From Acholeplasma sp. (GTDB taxonomy: Bacteria > Bacillota_I > Bacilli_A > Acholeplasmatales > UBA5453): DNA of 45,437 nucleotides. Where the stretch lies: assembly GCA_036677365.1 (NCBI GenBank), contig JAVBWN010000008.1, positions 1 to 45,437 on the forward strand, in the 5' to 3' direction. A program made the translations under genes and the position numbers. The notes beneath the pieces were generated by a model. The model did no database searches, was not told the DNA's origin, and saw only the letters and a program-made list of their open reading frames with translations. Shown piece by piece: positions 37,401 to 45,437 of the stretch (position 1 is the stretch's first letter; every line of letters starts with the position of its first letter).

Positions 37401-37862
37401 TCAATCTCGTTTTTGCTTTTTAGGTACTTTGGTAAGTACCGCCAATGGCAATATAAGACAAAAGGCAGTAAGTACAAACCAAAATTCATAATGGATTGTT
37501 CTACCATCAAATAAGATACCTTTAAGTAAGTTTAAGAATGACATGAATAATAACCCGCAGAGGATGATATTCACGATTTTATGCATGTTTAAGACAAACC
37601 GACTATGACTTTCATGTAGGTATAAAAAATAATGTGGTGTAGCAATCCCATAAATGATGATTGGAATACCTGTGAATACAAGCCCAACAATGAGCATGAT
37701 GCGAATGATCGTCGCTGTAACAAAAACAATCACATCGTCTACACCAAGCAAAAAGGATAAGGGGAAAAATAAAATCAAAAGGAGGCCTAACCATATCAAA
37801 ATCAGGGTGAGTGTCAAGAAGCTACTCAGCAATCCCAAGACAAAACTGGTCTTTTTCTTCAT
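37401..37862 (-). CDS. Hypothetical 4-TM membrane protein
   Basis: Start follows GGAGA; four hydrophobic segments; N-terminus MKKKTSFVLG. Confidence 0.7.
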   Translation of the reverse strand: MKKKTSFVLGLLSSFLTLTLILIWLGLLLILFFPLSFLLGVDDVIVFVTATIIRIMLIVGLVFTGIPIIIYGIATPHYFLYLHESHSRFVLNMHKIVNIILCGLLFMSFLNLLKGILFDGRTIHYEFWFVLTAFCLILPLAVLTKVPKKQKRD

Positions 37863-37872
37863 GGTTTCTCCT

Positions 37873-38328
37873 CTATTTTGCAAGTTTACTTTGTGGTTCG
37901 GAAGTAAAATAGCCCACCAACAACATCGATATGGCAACCATCACCCACAAGACCTTCACATAACTCGCCAATGGCAATATATCTTTAATATCCATAACGA
38001 AAGTATAAATCAGAGTAAATACGATATACAAAATGCCTAGACTGAGGTTGGCTATTTTCGCAAATCCCAAAAAGCGATATCGATATTGTCGATTTGTTTG
38101 AAAGTAAGCCGGTAAATAACACATCGAGAAAATGATGTGAGCAAGGATGATGATTGCTAAAAAGGCTAAGAAAAAAGCAACTAAAATGACGAAAAGCAAG
38201 CCAATCTCTTCATTTAAAACAGAAAATAAAGTCGAGATTTGAGTAACGAAGTAACCAAAAATCGTACTTAATATGATTATATTCATCGTCACAAAACAAC
38301 CCAATATGAAACTCGTGGTTTTTTTCAT
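37873..38328 (-). CDS. Hypothetical 4-TM membrane protein, paralogue of the downstream gene
   Basis: MKKTTSFILG, GGAGG RBS and the same TM layout. Confidence 0.7.
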   Translation of the reverse strand: MKKTTSFILGCFVTMNIIILSTIFGYFVTQISTLFSVLNEEIGLLFVILVAFFLAFLAIIILAHIIFSMCYLPAYFQTNRQYRYRFLGFAKIANLSLGILYIVFTLIYTFVMDIKDILPLASYVKVLWVMVAISMLLVGYFTSEPQSKLAK

Positions 38329-38336
38329 AGGTCCTC

Positions 38337-39371
38337 CTATAAATCGATGATTTGATAACCTGCAGCTTTCTCCAAACGGTTCATCAAAGCATACCCTAGA
38401 TCATCGGTACTTAAGTGATGGATGAATATATAATCCACCGCCCAGTCATCCATGTCTCTTAAAGCAGAAAATAGGTTATGAGCCATTTCTTTTTGATTAT
38501 GTACTGATCCTAAGGCTCGTACAGGAACGTCAAATAAAGAAACGTATTCCGTTTCACAGATCACCGCGTAGCGCTGATTTGGGTGGTTTAAATGGTGTGA
38601 GCGAACATAGTCTTTCATCGCTTCAATATCACCTTTTAGGATGGTGACATCCCCTTTGGGTTTATAATGGGTATATTTCATGCCAGGGGATTTTACATTC
38701 CCCGTGGGTTTGGTATCGGATAAATCAAATATTGCTCGATTTAAGGCCTGTTCAATCATCTTTTTCGTGATGAACCCTGGTCGTAGGATGGTCGGTGTTT
38801 CTGTGGTCATATCGATGACGGTGGACTCTAGCCCAATCTCCGATGGGCCACCATCGATGATGACATCGACACGACCGTTGAAGTCATCAAAGACGTGTTG
38901 AAACGCGGTTGAACTGGGTTTACCAGAGATATTCGCTGATGGGGCAGCCATCGGCACACCCGCCAAATCAATCACTTGTTGAGCGATGAGATTACTTGGT
39001 AAGCGTATCGCTACAGTATTCAACCCACCTGTGGTTTCTAATGGAATCTTTTCGTTCTTTTCAAAGATGAGTGTCAAGGGGCCAGGCCAAAACGTATCCA
39101 TCAATGTTTCTGCTTCTTCACTGACAAAACGCACATAAGCATACACATCTTCTTTATTCGAAATATGCACGATCAATGGGTTATCTGAAGGCCTACCTTT
39201 GGCTTGATAAATCCGTTTCGATGCGAGTGGGTCTAAAGCATTCGCGCCAATCCCATAGACAGTCTCGGTTGGAAAAATGACGAGGTGTCCGGACTGGATC
39301 ACTTTTTTTAATGTTTCTTGGTTTTCTATTAAATTTAAGTCGGTTTCAGACCAACATAAGGTTTGTTTCAA
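38337..39371 (-). CDS. sua5: L-threonylcarbamoyladenylate synthase (Sua5/TsaC2)
   Basis: FPTETVYG, AKGRPSDNPLIVH, AAPSANISG, SPGMKYTHY and a SUA5 C-domain. TTG start 39371 is inferred. Confidence 0.95.
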   Translation of the reverse strand: MKQTLCWSETDLNLIENQETLKKVIQSGHLVIFPTETVYGIGANALDPLASKRIYQAKGRPSDNPLIVHISNKEDVYAYVRFVSEEAETLMDTFWPGPLTLIFEKNEKIPLETTGGLNTVAIRLPSNLIAQQVIDLAGVPMAAPSANISGKPSSTAFQHVFDDFNGRVDVIIDGGPSEIGLESTVIDMTTETPTILRPGFITKKMIEQALNRAIFDLSDTKPTGNVKSPGMKYTHYKPKGDVTILKGDIEAMKDYVRSHHLNHPNQRYAVICETEYVSLFDVPVRALGSVHNQKEMAHNLFSALRDMDDWAVDYIFIHHLSTDDLGYALMNRLEKAAGYQIIDL

Positions 39372-39524
39372 AAGAGTCACTTCACTTTCATGGGTATTAT
39401 ACCAAAAACCGAGGGATTTGTCTTTAGGTTTCATGTGACATTGTTGTGACAATTTTTGATATTAACTATTGTTTATTATTTTTGTTTATGATAAGATATT
39501 GCCATCTATTTAGGGAGGTATTAT

Positions 39525-39716
39525 ATGCAACCCAATGGCAGTATGGGCTCTGGTCCAAATTTAAACCGTCAGGCAGCACAAGCTCAATTTGTCAAAAAGC
39601 CAAACCATCCAGACAAAAAGAAAAAGTATTTTCATGTTAGCAATCTCAAATTTATCGCAACCCTAATCATTTTTGGCTTAATCGTATGGTTTCTAATTTC
39701 ACTTGCTTTGTCCTAA
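39525..39716 (+). CDS. Small protein with C-terminal TM helix
   Basis: Strong RBS AGGGAGG, basic middle segment, hydrophobic C-terminus and a downstream terminator. Confidence 0.7.
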   Translation: MQPNGSMGSGPNLNRQAAQAQFVKKPNHPDKKKKYFHVSNLKFIATLIIFGLIVWFLISLALS

Positions 39717-39750
39717 GAAAAAAAAGTTCACACTGTGAACTTTTTATTTT
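39717..39750. terminator. Bidirectional terminator
   Basis: AAAAAGTTCAC-act-GTGAACTTTTT. Confidence 0.75.
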
Positions 39751-40187
39751 CTCGATTGAGCATAAGCTTCAAATTCAAGGATGAATTGTTTTACACGGGT
39801 TTTAACTTCATCACGGATTTTGAGTAACTCAGGTAAAATCACGCCATAATCGCCCTTTAAGGCTGAAGGGTCTTCAATGTTCCAGTGGAATGTTTTTAGC
39901 ACACCTGGAAAAAATGGGCAACGTTGACCTGAGGCTTCATCACAGACAGTGACCACATAGGTGTATCTGGTGCCTTTTTTCAACATGTCAAAGGTAGACT
40001 TGGTCGTGTTGTTTGAAATATCGATGCCATCGAGTGCCATCACTTTTACAACATTCGGATTCAATCTGCCTGGTTCTAACCCAGCACTTTCCGCTTTAAA
40101 TAAGCCTTTGCCGTAAGCATTTAAATACGCTTCTGCCATCTGACTTCTGGCAGAATTGTGGATACAAACAAATAGTACATCGATCAT
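39744..40187 (-). CDS. arsC: Arsenate reductase, thioredoxin-coupled LMW-PTP family
   Basis: CIHNSARSQMAE, TVCD...CP and W..EDP. Confidence 0.88.
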   Translation of the reverse strand: MIDVLFVCIHNSARSQMAEAYLNAYGKGLFKAESAGLEPGRLNPNVVKVMALDGIDISNNTTKSTFDMLKKGTRYTYVVTVCDEASGQRCPFFPGVLKTFHWNIEDPSALKGDYGVILPELLKIRDEVKTRVKQFILEFEAYAQSRK

Positions 40188-40276
40188 GGTTATTTACCCC
40201 TTATATTGATTTCTATCTATATTATAGCTGAAAAGATTTTGGGTTGCTTTCGAGATACTTTCAGTTTACACATTTT

Positions 40277-40831
40277 TTACAATACAATGAAACCTCTAAA
40301 CCCACGGTCCTTATAATAGGATTGGACACCATTATGGTAGAAAAAGGTGTGGTTATAACGTTTATCCCCAAAAATGGCACCATCCAAATCGCGGATGGCT
40401 TTCGGTGTTAATAACCACGAAGAGGTCTTCGTATCAAAATCACCTAAGGCTTGAAGTTTGAGGTATTGGTCTTCATTGAGTAAGGTAATCCCCATATTCG
40501 AAGCCATATTCATGGCAGAATCTACCGGTTTAAACTCTTTTCTCGCATTTAATGCGTCTTGATCATAACACAGGCTTCTTCTACCGGATGGCGATTCTTT
40601 TGAACAATCCACGATGTATATGAATTTATCTTTTTCATCAAAAACCACCACATCCGGTTCACCACCTGTAACTTCCATTTGATCAATGGTCCATAGCAGT
40701 GCGGGTTGTTTATGGATTTTATCAGATACGGTAGACCAGGATACGCCTGGGTGTCTCTTAGGGTTTTTTTCAAATCTTTGTTGGAGTATTTGTAATAATT
40801 CAGTTTGTCTAGTAACATCTATTTTGGTCAT
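40277..40831 (-). CDS. DUF4256 family protein
   Basis: ME.TGGEPDVV, DCS.ESP.GRRSLCYD, FD.KTSSW and YHNG..SYY..RGFRG. Confidence 0.85.
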   Translation of the reverse strand: MTKIDVTRQTELLQILQQRFEKNPKRHPGVSWSTVSDKIHKQPALLWTIDQMEVTGGEPDVVVFDEKDKFIYIVDCSKESPSGRRSLCYDQDALNARKEFKPVDSAMNMASNMGITLLNEDQYLKLQALGDFDTKTSSWLLTPKAIRDLDGAIFGDKRYNHTFFYHNGVQSYYKDRGFRGFIVL

Positions 40832-40897
40832 TATCTCACATCCTTTAATCCTATTATATACCAATTGAGATTGATCGACTTTTCGAATGCTTATACT

Positions 40898-40929
40898 CAA
40901 AAAAATATGCCCACCTGAGATGGGCATAT
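40898..40929 (-). terminator. Terminator of the XRE operon
   Basis: ATATGCCCA-cctgaga-TGGGCATAT with a minus-strand T-run. Confidence 0.75.
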
Positions 40930-40932
40930 GCG

Positions 40933-41472
40933 TTATTCATTTTGAATGATGTGTTTGAACAAACGTTTTAAATCGTCTTCTTTGAGAAATGGGTATAACG
41001 CATCCAACTGGCTTTCAGAAAGATTACCTGCGATGTATTCATCGACGACAACTGAAAGCGCATCTTCATCTACAAAGGGTGCCATCACGATTGGATTGAG
41101 TTTGGGATGTTTGCCTGTGATGGCCTTTTTAAATAAAGCCGTTGCGTCATCTTCATCCAAAAATGGCATGACTACTGCGATGTCGATGCCATGTAGGGTA
41201 TCTTCATCGCTGATGATTTTTTGAACCAATTCGTGAATCGTATCGTCATCCATGAATGGCAACATTTGCACGAGTTTATGCATTTTGGAGCGGTTTCTTG
41301 GTTCTTCATTTTTTTCTTCTTTACGTGTTTCAAATGACGCGATGAAGGCTTGTTTTTCTGCTTCATCGGTAAACACCAATGGTTCTTGATTTAAATACGC
41401 TTTTTTCGCATCTTCTTTGGATAGCTGGACATGGATATCTTGACCATCCACTTGGATTTTTTTGAGAATCAT
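40933..41472 (-). CDS. Hypothetical acidic protein with four PF-x-x-(D/E)-D helical repeats
   Basis: LPFMDDD, MPFLDED, APFVDED and YPFLKED at roughly 30-aa spacing. Confidence 0.75.
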   Translation of the reverse strand: MILKKIQVDGQDIHVQLSKEDAKKAYLNQEPLVFTDEAEKQAFIASFETRKEEKNEEPRNRSKMHKLVQMLPFMDDDTIHELVQKIISDEDTLHGIDIAVVMPFLDEDDATALFKKAITGKHPKLNPIVMAPFVDEDALSVVVDEYIAGNLSESQLDALYPFLKEDDLKRLFKHIIQNE

Positions 41473-41939
41473 AACATAATACCTCCTCTTTTAATGGTAT
41501 TGAATAAATACTTATGTTCGCTTTGTGTTAAACGAACCGCTAAATCTCTTAGGTTGCAATTCAATTTGTCTTCTTTGATTGCTTTTAAAATTTTCATCCT
41601 TTCTAAGGGTGAAAACTGGTAAAACACATCGGGTATGTTCACGTTGATTTCTCCTTTGATGATTTTTTGGATGATGTATGGTCGACTGTGGTTTTTAAAT
41701 AGATTGTGTTCATCTTCAATCGTGATGGTTTCATTCAAACAAAGGAGATTCTCGACATTCGTTTGAAATAACTGACATAAATCGGTGAGTAAGTCGATTG
41801 AAGGTAAACTGGTCCCATTTTCCCATTTAGATAAGGCTTGACGTGTGATGTTCAATCGATTGGCCAGATCGTCTTGAGTCAGTTGTAAGTCTTTTCGATA
41901 TTGGGTTATTTTTAGTCCGACTTTGATGGCATCTATCAT
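41469..41939 (-). CDS. XRE family HTH transcriptional regulator
   Basis: LTQDDLANRLNITRQALSKWENG.SLP. Start 41939 follows GGAGG. Confidence 0.9.
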   Translation of the reverse strand: MIDAIKVGLKITQYRKDLQLTQDDLANRLNITRQALSKWENGTSLPSIDLLTDLCQLFQTNVENLLCLNETITIEDEHNLFKNHSRPYIIQKIIKGEINVNIPDVFYQFSPLERMKILKAIKEDKLNCNLRDLAVRLTQSEHKYLFNTIKRGGIML

Positions 41940-41963
41940 GGTTTCTTTACCTCCCACACCTAT

Positions 41964-42007
41964 ATTGTATAGGGCTTGTTATGAATTGTCACGCAACGCT
42001 TGGTTGC
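41964..42007 (-). promoter_or_regulatory. XRE gene promoter with adjacent palindrome
   Basis: GTGACA-N17-TACAAT; GCAAC-N5-GTTGC (41993-42007) abuts the -35. Confidence 0.6.
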
Positions 42008-42032
42008 ACAAGAAAAAAAACCTAGGTTGGGT

Positions 42033-42296
42033 TCATCTATTCTTCAGTCTTCTAATTTCATCTTCTAAAGCTTGAATTCTTTTGTCTTTTCTTTCTTCAC
42101 GGTTTTTATCAGTCTTATAAACATAATAATTCCATAATGAAACCAAAAACATAAAGCCTCCAATACTCAATCCAGCCATCGGCCCACTCAAAGGTAATCC
42201 AAAATTAATCTCATAAAATATGCCGGCAATGGCCACAACCACCGATAATACTGCTAACAACACTGCATTGAATAAATAATCACCTCTTGCGCGCAT
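42033..42296 (-). CDS. Small 2-TM membrane protein
   Basis: GGAGG RBS, two hydrophobic segments and a charged tail. Confidence 0.7.
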   Translation of the reverse strand: MRARGDYLFNAVLLAVLSVVVAIAGIFYEINFGLPLSGPMAGLSIGGFMFLVSLWNYYVYKTDKNREERKDKRIQALEDEIRRLKNR

Positions 42297-42507
42297 GTAC
42301 GCCTCCTATTGACTTTATGTATTCGACCAAATCGAGGTCGTTGGTCATGGTATAAATGCCTGCTTCATCTTCAAAGACATCTGTATACATCCCGTTTATG
42401 AGTGTTACCATCCGATCACCATAGGGTTCTGGATGTTCATCATAAGATTCAATGACAGACACTGGAATATAAAGTTTTATGACATCTTTGGTATATCTAT
42501 AAGGCAT
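42280..42507 (-). CDS. Hypothetical protein
   Basis: GGAGG RBS; overlaps both neighbours in operon fashion. Confidence 0.7.
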   Translation of the reverse strand: MPYRYTKDVIKLYIPVSVIESYDEHPEPYGDRMVTLINGMYTDVFEDEAGIYTMTNDLDLVEYIKSIGGVHARKR

Positions 42508-43069
42508 ATGAACCTCCTATAGGTTGATCTATAATGGATTGGATTTTTTGTTTTAATATTGTGTAATCTTCATCACTAAAGGTGGTGGTATTATACACAA
42601 TAACTTGTCCTACAGCATCCTCAATCCGGTGTTCTTTTAAAGCAGCTTCGAATACTTCATAGGATAATAGACCTGTGGATGTATGTGCGATGTGACGGGT
42701 ATGTTGTCTTTGAACATACCGGTCATACAATACCTTCGAATCACTATATAAGAATATTGTAACCATGTCTTGTTCTAAATACCCTGATTTAATTAAAATA
42801 TCTTTAAGTTCATTGGATTTAAAATTAGCTTCGATGATGATGTTTTGATCTGCAAGATGCGCTTGGTGTGCGACTTCAATCATCGTTTGAACGGTAGCAA
42901 CTGATAGTTTTTTATTCTCTTCGCGATTATTAAAACCAATATGGTCAACCAATACCGCTTTGATGTCATCTTTATTCAAACATAAAATACCTAAATCAAT
43001 CGATAAGCGTTTTGATACTGTTGTTTTGAGGGTAGCAAGTCCCCCAGTCACGAGCAATAATTTAGACAT
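42497..43069 (-). CDS. P-loop nucleotide-kinase-like protein
   Basis: LLLVTGGLATLKTT (variant Walker A), NKDDIK, IIIEANF and a R...R...RH lid. Confidence 0.75.
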   Translation of the reverse strand: MSKLLLVTGGLATLKTTVSKRLSIDLGILCLNKDDIKAVLVDHIGFNNREENKKLSVATVQTMIEVAHQAHLADQNIIIEANFKSNELKDILIKSGYLEQDMVTIFLYSDSKVLYDRYVQRQHTRHIAHTSTGLLSYEVFEAALKEHRIEDAVGQVIVYNTTTFSDEDYTILKQKIQSIIDQPIGGSYAL

Positions 43070-43081
43070 AAAAACCTTTTT

Positions 43082-43513
43082 TCATCTTGGCCACGCGTAT
43101 AATAATGACAAAACTATAGCGTAGATCAAAGCGTAATAATCGTAATTTCGTGCTTTCAGTTTGTAGAGAATCGCTATAATTACGAAGACAAAAATCATCA
43201 ATACTGGTATCCCTATGAATAGGCGATCATAATAACTCAAGATTATGGTAATCATAAACATCGAAGTCGCTGGCACCAATAAGACCGCTTTTAAGACAGG
43301 TTTTTTATAATAGTTCAAGGTAATGACATAAAGTAACAGTAAGGTGAGTGCCGAGACCCTTCGTAAAGTATCTGCAGGAAAACCTTGTGGGTTATCTTGA
43401 AACCATACAGTCTCAATGGTAAAGTATATCCCTACATAGATGAACCAGGATAAACCGACTAAAAACAAACCAAATACCGTAATCCAAACATAAGGCATTA
43501 AGTTTCTTTTCAT
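43082..43513 (-). CDS. Hypothetical multi-pass membrane protein
   Basis: About five TM segments; start follows GGAAGG. Confidence 0.7.
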   Translation of the reverse strand: MKRNLMPYVWITVFGLFLVGLSWFIYVGIYFTIETVWFQDNPQGFPADTLRRVSALTLLLLYVITLNYYKKPVLKAVLLVPATSMFMITIILSYYDRLFIGIPVLMIFVFVIIAILYKLKARNYDYYALIYAIVLSLLYAWPR

Positions 43514-43590
43514 TTCTTTGACCTTCCTATATTTCACATTGTTTATACGATTCCATTATAATTCTAAATAATGTTGTATGATACCCCTTA

Positions 43591-44199
43591 TCATTGTTTT
43601 CGAACAGAAAATCTTAAAATGGTCTTCATTTTCTGGGGTTCACTTCTTCTTGGGTCAGAAATATAGATTTCTCTATGACCTTTATGAATGCGTTCATAAC
43701 CGATCGATTGAACATAATCCATCATGGTTGTAAAAGTCTTAGGCTCATCATCATAAGGGCCTATGTGCAACATTTGACATACCCACCCTTCCTCAATCAC
43801 TGCGTATTTGAGTTTATTCAGATAGGGGTTATCTTTCTTCTTCATCACTTGTTTTTGGAAATGATCAAACAAATCTTCATCGACAAAATCGGGTTGTTGT
43901 ATCATCAAATGATATCGATAATTGGATTTATCGGTAATGGGTTTGGTTTTATCCACCAAATCCCATACCCCTTCTAATGGAAAAACCTTATAATCATAAT
44001 AGCCTTGAGGGGGTTCTTTTTTATAAGACATCTTGATGGCATAACTGATTGAATAAAGGGCTTCTACATGACTTTGAAATACCTGACCGTTGGGGTCACC
44101 TTCACCGGTAATCGTAATGAACCTGAGTTTGGGGATATATTGGATGGTGGGTTCTGCTTTGGGTTCATAGAGGGCTTTATACTCTACTTTACTCAACAT
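43591..44199 (-). CDS. GyrI-like small-molecule-binding domain protein
   Basis: G.GDPN, ALYSISY.IKM, PLEG.W, H.GPYDDE and HREIYISDPR. Exact start uncertain (44196-44202). Confidence 0.85.
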   Translation of the reverse strand: MLSKVEYKALYEPKAEPTIQYIPKLRFITITGEGDPNGQVFQSHVEALYSISYAIKMSYKKEPPQGYYDYKVFPLEGVWDLVDKTKPITDKSNYRYHLMIQQPDFVDEDLFDHFQKQVMKKKDNPYLNKLKYAVIEEGWVCQMLHIGPYDDEPKTFTTMMDYVQSIGYERIHKGHREIYISDPRRSEPQKMKTILRFSVRKQ

Positions 44200-44482
44200 C
44201 ATGATCACCTGTGCCTTTATGGGTGATTTTATAGGGTTGTCCTGTGGTATCATAAGTAATCCATTCCCCCAAAGGTTCACCATTTTTAAAATAACCTGAA
44301 CGTTTCAAAGTCCCATCTTTTCGATACCACGTCCAGTAGCCATCTGGCTGGCCATTGACCATCTTCCCCTTAGACCAAACACTTTGTGATTTGTCATGGT
44401 ATTTGATGGTGTATTCATCGATGATTTCGATGCGCTTTTCTTTCAGTTTGAGCTTGATATCGCATTTATCTTTCATAAACAT
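44189..44482 (-). CDS. MORN-variant repeat (YwqK-like) protein
   Basis: GQPDGYWTWYRKDGTLKRSGYFKNGEPLGEWITYD. Confidence 0.75.
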   Translation of the reverse strand: MFMKDKCDIKLKLKEKRIEIIDEYTIKYHDKSQSVWSKGKMVNGQPDGYWTWYRKDGTLKRSGYFKNGEPLGEWITYDTTGQPYKITHKGTGDHDVE

Positions 44483-44485
44483 CCC

Positions 44486-44670
44486 CTATAAAATATAAAT
44501 TAACACACTGGATATAAAAACAATGAGCGTGATGGGTGCCCATAATCTGCGTTCTTTTTGACTCTTGGTGATGAGATTCATGACCGATGACAGTCCCATC
44601 ATAATCATGATGACCCACATCCAAAGGTTTGTAAAAGGCTTTGGTAAAAAAGTCAGCAGTTCACTGTGAT
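44486..44670 (-). pseudogene. 3' fragment of a membrane-protein gene interrupted by the IS
   Basis: The frame ...WVIMIMMGLSSVMNLITKSQKERRLWAPITLIVF... runs directly into the IS end at 44671; the ORF-track start lies inside the IS. Confidence 0.7.
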
Positions 44671-44776
44671 GTGAACTACCCACCACTTAACTAGAAGTGG
44701 GGGCTTCCTATCCATACCAGCGTACCCGCCAGTGACTCAATAGGCTATCCCCGTAGTCCCTACGGTTCTTATTTGT
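44654..44776 (-). ncRNA. Predicted TnpB omega/reRNA scaffold 3' part plus guide (ATCACAGTGAACTGCTG)
   Basis: Same hairpins as copy 1, with a compensatory base-pair change. Confidence 0.7.
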
Positions 44777-45437
44777 TTATAACTGAAATGCTAACTTATA
44801 CTTTCTAAACCCTTCTTTGTTGATATTGATCGCTGCGTTATGATCTCTATCCAAATGTAAGTCACAACTTGGACACTCAAATACTCTCTCAGATAATTTC
44901 AAATCTGTTTTGATGTCCCCACAACAGCTACATGTCTTTGACGATGGGTACCACTCGTCCATCACCATCAAAGTCTTACCTTGTGTTTCTAACTTATACT
45001 TCAAGAATGATATAAACCTAGTCCAACCAAACCGTGATATTTGCTTAGCGTAATAGGGACTTGTTTGAGACATATCTTTAAGATTCAATCCTTCGACACT
45101 CACCAAATCATAACGCTTGGCTATCACGTTTGATTGTTTATGTAGGAAGTCATCTCTTTTATGTCTGATTCTTTCATGTAATAAGGCGATTTCTAATACT
45201 TTCTTATGATAGTTACTAGAACCCTTGAGTCTTCTAGATAAACTTCTTTGAAGGACTCTGAGTTTATTGAAGTCTGTTTGGATGTCTTTAGGATAATCCA
45301 ATTTAAATCCTTCATTATCGATATAGAAATGAGTCATGGAGAAATCTAATCCAATCGATTCTTTTACATCTTTTTTCTTAATCTCTTTTTGGTATTCATA
45401 TAGGATAGAGACATAATACTTACCGGTACTACTCTTA
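44671..45437 (-). mobile_element. IS200/IS605-family element (tnpB plus right end), cut by the window edge
   Basis: tnpB ORF, subterminal hairpin and TTCAC end at 44671. Similarity to copy 1 stops exactly there. Confidence 0.95.
44777..45437 (-). CDS. tnpB: TnpB RNA-guided endonuclease, 5'-partial
   Basis: The frame is open to the window end (KSSTGKYYVSILYEY...). RuvC-I IGLDFS, RuvC-II VEGL, Zn finger CSCC..CPSC and RuvC-III DRDHNAAINI are present. Confidence 0.95.
   Translation of the reverse strand, partial: KSSTGKYYVSILYEYQKEIKKKDVKESIGLDFSMTHFYIDNEGFKLDYPKDIQTDFNKLRVLQRSLSRRLKGSSNYHKKVLEIALLHERIRHKRDDFLHKQSNVIAKRYDLVSVEGLNLKDMSQTSPYYAKQISRFGWTRFISFLKYKLETQGKTLMVMDEWYPSSKTCSCCGDIKTDLKLSERVFECPSCDLHLDRDHNAAININKEGFRKYKLAFQL

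Noticed and set aside
39724..39745. Similarity of GTTCACACTGTGAAC to the IS end and the copy-2 guide
   Set aside because: Only about 8 nt match, and the sequence is fully explained as a bidirectional terminator.
44189..44482. Toxin-antitoxin system based on the YwqK-like protein
   Set aside because: No adjacent toxin gene is visible, and MORN-variant repeats alone do not imply antitoxin function.
1..45437. Whole window as a composite transposon between two inverted IS copies
   Set aside because: Both inward-facing ends are right ends, IS200/IS605 transposition needs a left and a right end on one strand, and the cargo includes housekeeping genes (sua5, msrB). An assembly break at repeats is the simpler explanation.

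Overview
A low-GC bacterial chromosomal segment using the standard code (TGA = stop), rich in lipoproteins and sigma-A-type promoters. The gene content suggests an Acholeplasmatales-like/Bacilli lineage (inference). The window is bounded by two ~96%-identical IS200/IS605-family tnpB elements with their right ends facing inward. It contains four blocks. (1) 219-12710: a TetR-linked operon of thiolase, FabG/PhaB-like reductase, a FabH-like enzyme, a Liv-type ABC importer, a CoA-transferase and two alpha/beta hydrolases, one resembling Bacillus PhaZ. (2) 12786-24929: the best candidate for an undescribed system. A c-di-GMP-I riboswitch with ON-type architecture precedes three paralogous WIEG-motif proteins (two with SipW-type signal peptides, TasA/CalY-like), two SipW peptidases, a membrane-anchored McrB-like AAA+ NTPase and a DUF2357/McrC-like partner whose nuclease region appears replaced by a long coiled coil; two GGDEF-EAL genes lie directly upstream. 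(3) 25098-35648: a permuted GH3, an M28 peptidase, an unannotated 36-aa KPAA-repeat microprotein, a fluoride-riboswitch-controlled cation:proton antiporter, and an amino-acid ABC transporter with a YerC/HisR-like regulator. (4) 35716-44670: msrB, sua5, arsC, an XRE regulator and small accessory genes. All family calls come from motif recognition by eye; no database searches were run.
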